Virus record (IMG/VR): IMGVR_UViG_3300037478_000621
Span: 2,403 to 66,402 of that record
Origin: a virus
Lineage: Duplodnaviria > Caudoviricetes
DNA length: 64,000 bases
Strand: one strand, 5' to 3'
Shown: positions 36,574 through 46,045 of the stretch, one piece after another
Layout: each line of letters opens with the position of its first letter
Position numbering within the stretch: position 1 is the stretch's first letter
Made by a program: the position numbers and the translations under genes
The notes under the pieces: generated by a model
The model's database searches: none
Told to the model about the DNA's origin: nothing
What the model saw: the letters and a program-made list of their open reading frames with translations, nothing else

Positions 36574-36811
36574 GGTCGTCAAGCTGGCGCCCAAGAAGCC
36601 CGAGGGCGCCTTCGCCTCGCGCCTGCGCCTGGCCGCCCGCGGCATCCCCGCCGGCGACCCGATCCGTCTCGCCGTCGAGCTCGCCGCGGTGCTCGTGGAC
36701 ACGCCCGAGGAGCAAGGGTTCTGCGGCGTCTGTGGGCGCGGCCCTGGTGACTGCGAGGAAACGTGCCGGCGCGCGGCGCTTGAGCAGGTGTTGGGAGGCG
36801 ACCGTGGCTAG
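36566..36811 (+). CDS. Hypothetical protein
   Basis: MAEVVKLAPKK…CGVC…C…C. Confidence 0.55.
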   Translation: MAEVVKLAPKKPEGAFASRLRLAARGIPAGDPIRLAVELAAVLVDTPEEQGFCGVCGRGPGDCEETCRRAALEQVLGGDRG

Positions 36812-37019
36812 AGTCGGCGGACCATTTACGGCGAGCCCGCTCGTCGAGGTCGCCGCGGCGAAGCTCAAGGGCTACCGCGTGCGCAACTGCTACACGCTGC
36901 ACGCCTGCGCTCTGTGCGAGGTCGATATCCGACCGGGCGACCAGTACCACGACGGCGGCTACGGCCGCCGGGCACACGTCGCCTGCGTTGAGCGGGCGCT
37001 GGGAGGTGAGCGTGGCTGA
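36804..37019 (+). CDS. Zn-finger hypothetical
   Basis: CALC…HVAC; GTG with RBS GGAGG. Confidence 0.55.
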   Translation: MARVGGPFTASPLVEVAAAKLKGYRVRNCYTLHACALCEVDIRPGDQYHDGGYGRRAHVACVERALGGERG

Positions 37020-38769
37020 GACGATCAAGCTAGCGAAGAACCTCGAGCTCCCCGCCAGAGCGATCACCGAGAGCATCGCAATCATGGGGCGCAAGGGCTC
37101 CGGGAAGACCTACAGCGGCACTCTCCTGTTCGAGCAGTTTTATGCCGCCGGCGCGCAGTGCGTCGCCATCGATCCGATCGGCAAATGGTGGGGGCTCAGG
37201 GTTTCCGCCAGCGGCAAGGGCAAGGGTCTCGACATTCCGGTCTTCGGCGGCGTGAACGGCGACATCCCGGTCACCCCGGAGTCGGGGAGGCTCCTCGCCA
37301 CGGTGGTGGTCGAGCGACGACTCTCCTGCGTGATCGACCTGCTCCTGTTCTCCAAGCGTAAGCGACGGGATTTCGTCACCGCTTTCGCCGAGCAACTGTT
37401 TGAGCTCAAGAAGCGCCAGCAATCCCCCTTGCACCTCTTCGTCGAGGAAGCGCGAAAATTCGTTCCCCAGAAACCCCAGAAGGGGGACGAGCGGATGCTC
37501 GGCGCCTTCGAGGATATCGCGAGGCTCGGACGGAACTTTGGCCTGGGAGTGTCGCTCGTGGACCAGCGCCCGCAGTCCGTCAACAAAGAGGTGCTCAGCC
37601 AGACTGAGATCCTCATCGCTCACCAGCTCGTTCACAACCTCGACAAGAAGGCGATCCGCGAATGGGTGTCCAGCAACGACGCCGACGGGATTGCGTATCT
37701 GAGCCGGGTCAACGAGCTCGAGCCGGGTCATGCCTTCCTCTGGTCACCCGGCCTGCTCAAGAAGTTCGCCGAGATCAAGGTCAATTCGAAGAGGACTCTC
37801 GACACGAGTGCCACGCCCGAGCTCGGCGACGGCGGCGATGGCGGTAAGCTCGCGGCGCCGCGCCCGCTGTCGGCCGACGACCTGGCCGAGCTCCGCGCCG
37901 GGATGGCGGAGGTCGTCGAGGCCGCCGAGGGCGCCGACCCCAGGAAGCTCCAGTCCGAGATTCGCCGCCTCGAGAGGGAGGTGACGCGGCTCCAGGGCGA
38001 GCTCGAGCACCGGCCGGCCGAGACCGTCGAGGTGCCGGCGATCGCCGCCGAGGACGTCCAGGAGGTCGAGCGGCTGTACCGCGCCGCCCGGGACCTGCAC
38101 CAGCCCGCCGCCGCATCGCTGGCCCAGATGGCGGACGCCCTCGATCGGCTCGTCGGCCTGGCCGCGCCTCGTGTCAATGCCGCGCCGATCCCCGCGCCGG
38201 CGCCGGCGAGGGCACCGCGAAGGGATCGACGCCCTGCCCCCGCGGCGGCCGAGTCCGGCTTCGCGCTCCTCGAGACCGTGCTGTCCGGGCCCGAGCAGCG
38301 GATTCTCAATGCCCTCGCGTGGCTCGAGGATGTCGGGGTTGATTCCCCGGAGATCGCCGCCGTCGCCTTCATCGCCGGCTACAAGCCGGGCGGCGGCGCC
38401 TTCAACAACCCGCGCGGGAAGCTCCGCGGCCGGGGCTTGCTCGAGTACCTGCCCGGGAAGCGGATGCGGCTCACCGCGGGCGGCAACGCGCTTGCCCTGC
38501 GGGGGACAGCGCCGGGCACGACCGACGAGCTCCATCGGCGAGTACTCGAGCGCCTCGGCGGCCCCGAGCAGCGGATTCTCCAGCCGCTCCTCGACGTCTA
38601 TCCCGACAGCCTCGGCAACGCCGAGCTCGCCGAGCGCGCCGGGTACGCGGTGGGCGGGGCGTTCAACAACCCGCGCGGCCGGTTGAGGACCCTCGGCTTG
38701 ATCGACTACCCCGAGCGCGGCCGCGTCGTCGCGCGCGACCTGCTCTTCCTGGAGGCCGATCGTGGCTGA
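37012..38769 (+). CDS. HerA/FtsK-superfamily ATPase with coiled coil and two tandem wHTH repeats
   Basis: 'IAIMGRKGSGKTY' Walker A, 'LFVEEARKFVPQ' Walker B, 'RLGRNFGL…VDQRPQSVNKEVLSQ'; C-terminal duplication GPEQRIL…AGY..GGAFNNPRG.LR..GL..Y. Confidence 0.85.
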   Translation: MAETIKLAKNLELPARAITESIAIMGRKGSGKTYSGTLLFEQFYAAGAQCVAIDPIGKWWGLRVSASGKGKGLDIPVFGGVNGDIPVTPESGRLLATVVVERRLSCVIDLLLFSKRKRRDFVTAFAEQLFELKKRQQSPLHLFVEEARKFVPQKPQKGDERMLGAFEDIARLGRNFGLGVSLVDQRPQSVNKEVLSQTEILIAHQLVHNLDKKAIREWVSSNDADGIAYLSRVNELEPGHAFLWSPGLLKKFAEIKVNSKRTLDTSATPELGDGGDGGKLAAPRPLSADDLAELRAGMAEVVEAAEGADPRKLQSEIRRLEREVTRLQGELEHRPAETVEVPAIAAEDVQEVERLYRAARDLHQPAAASLAQMADALDRLVGLAAPRVNAAPIPAPAPARAPRRDRRPAPAAAESGFALLETVLSGPEQRILNALAWLEDVGVDSPEIAAVAFIAGYKPGGGAFNNPRGKLRGRGLLEYLPGKRMRLTAGGNALALRGTAPGTTDELHRRVLERLGGPEQRILQPLLDVYPDSLGNAELAERAGYAVGGAFNNPRGRLRTLGLIDYPERGRVVARDLLFLEADRG

Positions 38770-39049
38770 GACTCGCGTCGTCCACTGCAAGCGCGAGCGC
38801 TACGACGTCTACATCGGGCGGCCGTCGAAGTGGGGGAACCCCTTCTCGGTTAAGCCGTCCAAGTACGCCTGCAGCGTCGCCACTGTCGAGGAGGCGCTCG
38901 CGAAGTACGAGGCGTGGCTCCGCTCGCAGCCCGAGCTGATGGCGGCGCTGCCCGAGCTGCGCGGCAAGGTACTCGGCTGCTGGTGCGCGCCAAAACCCTG
39001 CCACGGCGACGTGCTGGCGCGGCTCGCGGAGGAGGTTCACCGTGGCTGA
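38762..39049 (+). CDS. DUF4326-family protein
   Basis: 'VYIGRPSKWGNPF…LRGKVLGCWCAPKPCHGDVL'. Confidence 0.9.
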   Translation: MAETRVVHCKRERYDVYIGRPSKWGNPFSVKPSKYACSVATVEEALAKYEAWLRSQPELMAALPELRGKVLGCWCAPKPCHGDVLARLAEEVHRG

Positions 39050-39311
39050 GCGCTGCAGTATCAAGCACCGCCACGACCTGGCGTCGACGTGGTGTTACAC
39101 CCACCGCATCGGGTGGGGGTGGAGCGAGATCCCCGAGCTCTGCCCGATCGGCGCTCGAGACCAGCGCATCGCCGAGCTCGAGGCAGGCATCTCGAGTCGG
39201 ATCGCGGCCGTCCGCGCCGCCGCGGAGTGGGTGAAGGAGGCCAGGGACTCGGCGGACTCGGGTCTCGCCAGGCTCCTCGGCGCCGCCGAGCCGGAGGCCG
39301 GCCGTGGCTGA
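39042..39311 (+). CDS. Hypothetical protein
   Basis: 89 aa, GTGGCTGA coupling. Confidence 0.55.
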   Translation: MAERCSIKHRHDLASTWCYTHRIGWGWSEIPELCPIGARDQRIAELEAGISSRIAAVRAAAEWVKEARDSADSGLARLLGAAEPEAGRG

Positions 39312-40212
39312 GAACACCCTCATCGAATGGGCAGACGACACGTTCAACTACGTGGAGGGCTGCGAAAAGGTCAGCCCCGGCTGTAAGAACTGCTACGCCT
39401 CCGAGCGCGACAAGCGGTGGCACGACGGCAAGCACTGGGGCCCTGGCTCGGTTCGTAAGCCGATGTCGGAGGCGTACTGGCGCAAGCCCCGCAAGTGGAA
39501 CCGCGAGGCGGCCGAGGCCGGCGTGCGTCGCCGGGTGTTCTGCTCGTCGCTCGCCGACGTGTTCGAGTTCTTGCCCGAGGACCACCCGTCGGCGCGAATG
39601 CAGTCCGAAGCGCGACTCAGGCTGTGGATGCTCATCGCGGAGACGCCGCACCTCGACTGGCTCCTGCTCACCAAGAGGCCCGAGAACTTCGCCCGCTTGC
39701 TCCCCTGGGTCTCGACCGACAACCCCGACTTAGAGCGCGCCGAGGTCCAGGACAACGACCCGCGCTTGCTCGGCTACCTCGACGAGCGGCCGCCCAACGT
39801 CTGGCTCGGCGTCACCGCGGAGAACCAAGAGGAGGCGGACCGTCGGATCCCGATCCTGCTCAATACCCCGGCGGCCAAGCGGTTCGTTTCCTACGAGCCG
39901 GCGCTCGAGGCGGTGGACTTCCGGCCCTATCTCCATGGCGCCGGCGCCCGACGCATCATCGAGAACAGTCCAGGGTGTGATCCGGCCGCGGTCCCTGCTC
40001 ACCTCCAGCCGCCGCCGGCGATCGACTGGCTCATAGCCGGCGCCGAGGACGGACGCGGGCGGCGCCCGGCCGATGACTCGTGGTTCCGATCGGCCCGCGC
40101 CCAGTGCGAGGCCGCCGGCGTCCCCTACTTCTTCAAGCAACAGATCGAGAACGGCAAGAAGATCTCGCTGCCCGTGCTCGACGGTCGCCGCCACGCCGAG
40201 GTCCCCGCGTGA
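39304..40212 (+). CDS. DUF5131 (phage Gp37/Gp68) radical-SAM-like protein
   Basis: 'IEWADDTFN…GCEKVSPGCKNCYA' CxxxxxxCxxC, 'VFCSSLADVF', 'LLTKRPEN', 'NVWLGVTAENQ', 'RFVSYEPAL', 'FFKQ'. Confidence 0.9.
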   Translation: MAENTLIEWADDTFNYVEGCEKVSPGCKNCYASERDKRWHDGKHWGPGSVRKPMSEAYWRKPRKWNREAAEAGVRRRVFCSSLADVFEFLPEDHPSARMQSEARLRLWMLIAETPHLDWLLLTKRPENFARLLPWVSTDNPDLERAEVQDNDPRLLGYLDERPPNVWLGVTAENQEEADRRIPILLNTPAAKRFVSYEPALEAVDFRPYLHGAGARRIIENSPGCDPAAVPAHLQPPPAIDWLIAGAEDGRGRRPADDSWFRSARAQCEAAGVPYFFKQQIENGKKISLPVLDGRRHAEVPA

Positions 40213-40685
40213 AGCCGCTGAGCCCCGCCATGAAAGAGGCGCTGCTCGCGCTCGGTTCCGGGCGCGCCCTCCTCCAGGGCCGGGCGACGGCGGACGCCCT
40301 GATCCGCCGCGGGCTCGTCGAGCGCAAGCGCCCCATGTACCCGGGCTCCGGCTCCTCGTGGCTGTCGGTCACCTGCGAGGGCTATCAGGCCATCATCGAT
40401 CTCAACGGCCCCGCCGACCCGTCCCTCGATGAGCTCCTCGCCGAGTCCGAGGGCAGCTGTAGCGGGTGGTGCCGGCCGCCGGAGAACCTGTGTGGCTGGT
40501 GCTCGCGGCAGACTCTGGTTGCCGAGCGCGACCGGCTCCGGGCGGCGCTGGGCTTGGCGGTAGAGCAGCTTGAGGAGGTGTGGAAGACCGTGGGCTGGGA
40601 CTGCCTCCGCCGGACCCTCGACGAGATTGCCGCCCTCGCCCCCGCCGACGACCGCGCAGAGACCGAGGAGGAGAGCGATGGGTGA
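40209..40685 (+). CDS. Hypothetical (wHTH-like N-terminus)
   Basis: GTGA coupling; 'LIRRGLVERK'. Confidence 0.5.
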   Translation: MKPLSPAMKEALLALGSGRALLQGRATADALIRRGLVERKRPMYPGSGSSWLSVTCEGYQAIIDLNGPADPSLDELLAESEGSCSGWCRPPENLCGWCSRQTLVAERDRLRAALGLAVEQLEEVWKTVGWDCLRRTLDEIAALAPADDRAETEEESDG

Positions 40686-40857
40686 CTGGCGAGATCGCAT
40701 CGAGGTCCGGCGGGCCCGCGCGAGGCTGAACCACGCACTGGCAGCCATCGATTCCGCTGCGCGCGGCGAGTGCCTCTGGGGCGATGGGTTCCGCTGCCGT
40801 TGCCCGAACTGCGATGGCAGACGACTCAGAGCCGCTGCGAAGGACGCCCTCCGATGA
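40678..40857 (+). CDS. Small Zn-finger hypothetical
   Basis: ATG 40678 with RBS GGAG; CRCPNC. Confidence 0.5.
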   Translation: MGDWRDRIEVRRARARLNHALAAIDSAARGECLWGDGFRCRCPNCDGRRLRAAAKDALR

Positions 40858-41108
40858 ACCGACCAGCAAACGGCAACGTGCCCGTCTTCCCGGCGGAGGG
40901 CTCATTCGAGTGGCATTGGCTCCAGCATCAGATCAACGTCGTACTCCCCGCAAAGGAGCGCGAGTGGGAGCTGGAGCAAGACCTCCAGCACGAGGCCCAG
41001 ATGGCCCGGTCCTACTTCGATTACTGGCAGGACCCTGACGAGGAAGCGTGGCCCTGGTACGCCGAGACCCCCTATGAAGTGCAGGAGCCGGAGGTCTTCG
41101 GACCATGA
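40854..41108 (+). CDS. Small acidic, Trp-rich hypothetical
   Basis: ATGA coupling at both ends. Confidence 0.55.
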   Translation: MNRPANGNVPVFPAEGSFEWHWLQHQINVVLPAKEREWELEQDLQHEAQMARSYFDYWQDPDEEAWPWYAETPYEVQEPEVFGP

Positions 41109-41929
41109 AGAAACCGGCCAAGCGCATCAGCGCCGACGACGTGATTGCACTCCTCCGCGCCCGCCACGAGCCGCCGGCCTGGGCGTTCCTCGAGCAGGTG
41201 CGCTCGACGACCGGCGCCAGCTCGCGCGAGCGCTACGCCGACGCGATCGCCATGTCGCTGTGGCCGAGCCGCGGCATCGAGGTCCACGGCTTCGAGGTCA
41301 AGGTCTCGCGCTCCGACGTGCTCAAGGAGCTGCGCAACCCCGAGAAGGCGGCGCCCATCCAGCGCTACTGCGATCGCTGGTGGCTCGTCCTCGCCGACGC
41401 CAGCCTGATCCAGCCGGGCGAGCTGCCGCCGACCTGGGGTCTCATGGCTGTCCGCGGGACCACGCAACTCCGCTCGATCACCGCGGCGCCGAAGCTCACG
41501 CCCGAGGCGTTCGCCCCGGGATTCGTCGCCTCGGTGCTGCGCAACTTCGAGCAGGGCTACGTGCCGCGCCGGGAGCACGACGCGCTCAAGGCCTCCGTCG
41601 AGGCGAAGGCCGCCGAGTGCGCTGAGCCGCTCGCCGAGGTCAAGCTGAAGCGCCTCGAGCGCGAGCTCGAGATGGTCAAGCGCGACCGCGACCAACTCCA
41701 GAAGCTCCACGCCAAATTCAACGAGCAGGCCGGCGTGGAGCTTGCCTACTACACGCTCGGTGACATCAGCGAGGCCGTAAAGGCGGTTAAGGCCGGCGGC
41801 CTGGACGTCATCCGAGCGCGGCTGAACCAGGTGAAGAACCTCGGCAGCGCGCTTGCGTCCGAGGCGCGCCACGGGCTCGAAAGCCTCGAGCGCCAGGGCG
41901 ATCTCGCCGAGCGGAAGGAGAGCGCGTGA
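41105..41929 (+). CDS. PD-(D/E)XK nuclease (MmcB-like) with coiled-coil tail
   Basis: 'YADAIAMSLWPSRGIEVHGFEVKVSRSD…K…CDRWWLV'. Confidence 0.8.
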   Translation: MKKPAKRISADDVIALLRARHEPPAWAFLEQVRSTTGASSRERYADAIAMSLWPSRGIEVHGFEVKVSRSDVLKELRNPEKAAPIQRYCDRWWLVLADASLIQPGELPPTWGLMAVRGTTQLRSITAAPKLTPEAFAPGFVASVLRNFEQGYVPRREHDALKASVEAKAAECAEPLAEVKLKRLERELEMVKRDRDQLQKLHAKFNEQAGVELAYYTLGDISEAVKAVKAGGLDVIRARLNQVKNLGSALASEARHGLESLERQGDLAERKESA

Positions 41930-42453
41930 GCATCCAGGTCGTAACCGCGTTCTCCGGCGACTACGCCGAATTCAGCGACTGCGGCACGTATCGCTACCTC
42001 CTCACCCGCGGCGCCGGATCGCCAGTCGGCTCGATTCTCGGCGTGATCATGCTCAACCCGAGCACCGCCGACGCCTTCAAGGATGACCCAACGATCCGCC
42101 GCGTCCGCGCGTTCGCCGCCCTTTGGGGTCACGGCTTGGTCCTGATCGGCAACCTCTACGGCTACCGCTCGCCGCACCCTCGAGACCTCGTGACCTCTGA
42201 GGACCCGGTGGGTCCGCGCAACAACGAGTACCTCAAGGACATCATCGTCCGATCGAGCCGCGTACTCGTCGCTTGGGGTACCAACCCGCTGGCCGTCGAT
42301 CGCGCCCGCCTTGTCGTCGAGATGGCGGTCGAGTTCGCCAAGCCGCTCTGGTGCCTCGGCACCACCTCGAACGGCTCGCCGATCCATCCGCTGGCCCGCG
42401 GCAAACACCGCGTGCCGGACACCGCGCAACCAGTGCGCTGGGAGGCCGCGTGA
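41926..42453 (+). CDS. DUF1643-family protein
   Basis: 'AEFSDCGTYRYLL…IMLNPSTADAFKDDPTIRR…NL…AWG…HPL'. Confidence 0.9.
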   Translation: MSIQVVTAFSGDYAEFSDCGTYRYLLTRGAGSPVGSILGVIMLNPSTADAFKDDPTIRRVRAFAALWGHGLVLIGNLYGYRSPHPRDLVTSEDPVGPRNNEYLKDIIVRSSRVLVAWGTNPLAVDRARLVVEMAVEFAKPLWCLGTTSNGSPIHPLARGKHRVPDTAQPVRWEAA

Positions 42454-42833
42454 AACTCACTCGACGCCAGCGGGTTGCTCGCGAGCACACCTGCAAGCTC
42501 GCTGAGGAGACTCGGCACCCGCGGTTCTTCCGCCGCATCGGGTTCTTTTCGACCATCCTCACGCTCAACTCGGGATTCGAATGACTGGAGCGCTTCGAGG
42601 GCGTGCCCGTGTGGCACGCAAGCGTCGCATTCATCGGCCCGCTCGGTCCGGTCCCGTGCGAACAGTGGACGGCCGCCATCGAGCGAGCGCTCGAGAGCCA
42701 GGCCCGGCGACTCCTGCGAGGCGTGGGCGCTGGCCGCGACGAGTGGGAACGCGGCGACATCGCGATCCATCTGCGGCGCCGGGTGAGCCCTGCCGAGTTC
42801 GACTGGCAGGCCACCGACGAGAGGTCCATATGA
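42450..42833 (+). pseudogene. Hypothetical gene split by an in-frame TGA (42582-84)
   Basis: GTG 42450 (coupled to the upstream stop) reads …LNSGFE*LERFEGVPVWHAS… in one frame to TGA 42833, which overlaps the next ATG. Confidence 0.5.
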
Positions 42834-43246
42834 CCGCAAAGGATCGAAAGCACGCCGACCGGCTCAGCGTCCTGATCGCCCTGCGCGCCACCGGCGAGGC
42901 CGGGGCCGCCGCGGTGGCGAACCTGTGCGAGTGGCCCAGGGCGAAGGCCGAGGCCGTCCTCGAGGAGCTCGTCGAGCTCGGCTTGGTCGTCGCCATCCGC
43001 CGTCCCGAGGGCATGCTCTGGAGGCTCGGTGGCTGGGCTGAGAAACCGGAACCCGTGCCGCCGAAGCGAACGCTGCCGGCGCCCGAGCGCCCGCACAGCG
43101 ACCAGGTGAAGCGGGTCACCGGCGGCCGCGTGCCGGGCTGCCCGGTGTGCGGCGCGCCCCGCACGCCGAAGTGGCCGCGGTGGCAGCGCTGGTGCTCGGA
43201 CGAATGCCGGCGCGCGAGTCGGAGCCAGGAGGTCGCCAATGGCTAG
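42830..43246 (+). CDS. wHTH plus Zn-finger hypothetical
   Basis: 'AEAVLEELVELGLV' and 'CPVCG…WCSDECR'. Confidence 0.6.
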   Translation: MTAKDRKHADRLSVLIALRATGEAGAAAVANLCEWPRAKAEAVLEELVELGLVVAIRRPEGMLWRLGGWAEKPEPVPPKRTLPAPERPHSDQVKRVTGGRVPGCPVCGAPRTPKWPRWQRWCSDECRRASRSQEVANG

Positions 43247-44672
43247 ACAGATGCTCATGCGCCTGCACTCGGAGGACCTCATCGTCGACAACTTCGCCGG
43301 CGGCGGCGGCGCGAGCTACGGCATCGAGATGGCCCTCGGCCGCTCGCCGGACATCGCAATCAATCACGACCGCGAAGCTGTCGCGATGCACGCCGAGAAC
43401 CACCCGGCGACGCGGCACCTCTGCGAGTCGGTCTGGGACGTTGACCCAGTCGAGGTGACCGACGGCCGCCCCGTCGGCCTCGCATGGTTCAGCCCGGACT
43501 GCACCCATTTCTCCAAGGCCAAGGGCGGCAAGCCGCGCTCCAAAGAGATCCGCGGCCTGGCGTGGGTCGTCATCCGGTGGGCGAAGACGGTGAAGCCGCG
43601 CGTGATCTGCCTCGAAAACGTCGAGGAGTTTCGCACGTGGGGCCCGCTGCTCGACGATGGCCGCCCCTGCCCGAAGCGCCGCGGCGAGACCTTCGTGGAC
43701 TGGTGGGCGCAGCTCGAGCGCTGCGGCTATGTCGTGGAGGCCCGCGAGCTTCGCGCCTGCGACTACGGCGCGCCGACGACTCGCAAGCGCCTGTTCGTCA
43801 TCGCCCGCTGCGACGGCGAGCCGATTGTCTGGCCGGAGCCGACGCATGGCCCGGGACGGGCGGAACCATACCGGACGGCAGCCGAGTGCATCGAGTGGGC
43901 GGTGCCGTGCCCCTCGATCTTCGAGCGTTCGCGGCCGCTGGCGGAGAAGACGCTCCGCCGGATCGCACGGGGGATCCGGCGGTTCGTCATCGAGGCCGGC
44001 GAGCCGTTCATCGCCCCGGTGACCCACGCCGGCGATCACCGCGTCCACTCGATCCGCGAGCCGGTGCGGACGGTAACCAGCGCCCACCGCGGCGAGCTCT
44101 CGCTGGTGTCGCCGACGCTGATCCAGCAGAGCTGGGGCGAGCGGCCAGGCCAGGCGCCGCGGGCGCTCGACCTGCACAAGCCGCTCGGCACCGTGGTCGC
44201 AGGCGGCATCAAGCACGCCCTGGTGGCCGCCTACTTGGCGAAGCACTACGGCGGCAACGAGGCGACGGGTTCCGATCTCAGGGGGCCCATCCACACGATT
44301 ACGGCCCGCGACCACCACGCTCTCGTCCGAGCCTTCCTGATCAAGTACTACGGCCAGAGCGTCGGCACCGACCTCGGCGAGCCGATGCACACGGTCACCT
44401 CGCGAGATCGATTCGGCCTGGTCACCGTCGCCGGCGAGGACTACGCCATCGCCGACATCGGGATGCGGATGCTCATCGCGCGCGAGCTCTACCGGGCGCA
44501 GGGCTTCCCGGACAGCTACCGGATTGACCTGAACGTCGGCGGCAAACCGCTCACCAAGACGGCGCAGATCCGAATGTGCGGCAACTCCGTGCCGCCGCAG
44601 TTTGCCGAGGCGCTGGTGCGCGCGAATTGCGTTGAGGCGGCCGTTGATATCGAGGAGGCAGCGAGCGCATGA
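43239..44672 (+). CDS. DNA cytosine-C5 methyltransferase
   Basis: Motif I 'DNFAGGGG', IV 'FSPDCTHFS', VI 'ENVEEF', VIII 'RKRLFV', IX 'ELYRAQGFP', X 'GNSVPP'. Confidence 0.95.
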   Translation: MARQMLMRLHSEDLIVDNFAGGGGASYGIEMALGRSPDIAINHDREAVAMHAENHPATRHLCESVWDVDPVEVTDGRPVGLAWFSPDCTHFSKAKGGKPRSKEIRGLAWVVIRWAKTVKPRVICLENVEEFRTWGPLLDDGRPCPKRRGETFVDWWAQLERCGYVVEARELRACDYGAPTTRKRLFVIARCDGEPIVWPEPTHGPGRAEPYRTAAECIEWAVPCPSIFERSRPLAEKTLRRIARGIRRFVIEAGEPFIAPVTHAGDHRVHSIREPVRTVTSAHRGELSLVSPTLIQQSWGERPGQAPRALDLHKPLGTVVAGGIKHALVAAYLAKHYGGNEATGSDLRGPIHTITARDHHALVRAFLIKYYGQSVGTDLGEPMHTVTSRDRFGLVTVAGEDYAIADIGMRMLIARELYRAQGFPDSYRIDLNVGGKPLTKTAQIRMCGNSVPPQFAEALVRANCVEAAVDIEEAASA

Positions 44673-46045
44673 AGTCTTACGAGGAGTTCTTGGCAAGCAA
44701 GCATCTCCAGGTGGAGCCCGCCGGCATCGAGCCAGGCGAGCTGAGCCCGGCGCTCTTCCCGCATCAGCGCGACCTCGTTCGATGGGCGCTGCGCAAAGGA
44801 CGCGCTGCGATCTTCGCAGACACCGGGCTGGGCAAATCGCTCTGCGAGCTCGCCTGGGCACAACGCATCGCCCAGGAGGGCCGCGTGCTGATCCTGGCAC
44901 CACTGGCTGTCGCTCAGCAACTCGTCGGCGAGGGTCGCAAGTTCGGCATCGAGTCCACCTACGCCCGCCAGGACGAAGGCCACCGGATCACGGTGACCAA
45001 CTACGAGATGCTCGGTCACTTCGATCCGGCGCAGTTCGTCGGCGTTGTGCTAGACGAGTCGAGCCTGCTCAAGGCATTCAATGGCAAGACCCGGAACGCG
45101 CTGATCGAAGCCTTCGCCGCGACGCCGTTCCGGCTTGCCGCCACGGCCACACCGGCGCCGAACGACTTCACGGAGCTGGGCAATCACAGCGAGTTTCTCG
45201 GCGTTCGCTCGCGCGTCGAGATGCTCGCCGAGTTCTTCGTCCACGACGGGGGCAGCACGCAGAACTGGCGGCTCAAGGGCCACGCCGTGCGCGCCTTCTG
45301 GGAGTGGGTGGCCAGCTGGGGAGCCATCGTCCGCAGCCCTGCTGATCTCGGCCACGACGCCTCGGCCTTTGAGTTGCCGCCGCTGCGAATGCACGAGCAC
45401 GTGGTCCCGGTCGAGCACCGCGATGCGTGGTCCGAGGGATACCTGTTCGCCCCCCAGGCGCAAGGGCTCGCCGAGGCGCGCGCCATCCGACGGGCGACCA
45501 CAGCGAAGCGCGTCGCGCTCGCCGCGTCCCTGGTCGCGGACGACGCCCCATCGGTGATCTGGTGCGAGCTCAACACCGAGAGCGAAGCGGCGACAAAGGC
45601 TATCCCGGGTGCCGTCGAGGTTCGCGGCTCCAACTCTGTCGAGGAGAAGGTCGAGCGCCTCGAGGGGTTCGCCGCCGGCCGCTATCGCGTGATGGTCACC
45701 AAAGCCTCAGTCGCAGGCTTCGGTTTGAATTGGCAACACTGCGCGCGCCAGGTGTTTCTCGGAGCTTCGTACTCCTACGAGCAGACCTATCAGGCGATCC
45801 GTCGATGCTGGCGCTTCGGGCAAATCCGGCCCGTGGACGTCCACATCATCCGAGCAGAGATCGAGGATCACATCATCGCCAACTACCGCCGCAAGGAAGC
45901 GGCGGCCGAGCGGCTCGCCGCCGAGATGACAGCGCGCGTGCGGGACTCGGTCCAGGCCGAGGTGCTCGGCCAGACCGTTCCGCGATGGATTGACTACCAA
46001 CCGCGCAAGCGCATGGAGGTACCCAAATGGCTGAAGGCAGCGTGA
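44669..46045 (+). CDS. SF2 (SNF2-like) helicase
   Basis: 'FADTGLGKS', 'VVLDESS', 'ATATPAPN', 'GFGLNWQ', 'QAIRRCWRFGQ'. Confidence 0.9.
   Translation: MKSYEEFLASKHLQVEPAGIEPGELSPALFPHQRDLVRWALRKGRAAIFADTGLGKSLCELAWAQRIAQEGRVLILAPLAVAQQLVGEGRKFGIESTYARQDEGHRITVTNYEMLGHFDPAQFVGVVLDESSLLKAFNGKTRNALIEAFAATPFRLAATATPAPNDFTELGNHSEFLGVRSRVEMLAEFFVHDGGSTQNWRLKGHAVRAFWEWVASWGAIVRSPADLGHDASAFELPPLRMHEHVVPVEHRDAWSEGYLFAPQAQGLAEARAIRRATTAKRVALAASLVADDAPSVIWCELNTESEAATKAIPGAVEVRGSNSVEEKVERLEGFAAGRYRVMVTKASVAGFGLNWQHCARQVFLGASYSYEQTYQAIRRCWRFGQIRPVDVHIIRAEIEDHIIANYRRKEAAAERLAAEMTARVRDSVQAEVLGQTVPRWIDYQPRKRMEVPKWLKAA

Noticed and set aside
42582-42584. Genome-wide TGA recoding (alternative genetic code)
   Set aside because: TGA ends dozens of well-supported genes, often in ATGA/GTGA overlaps.
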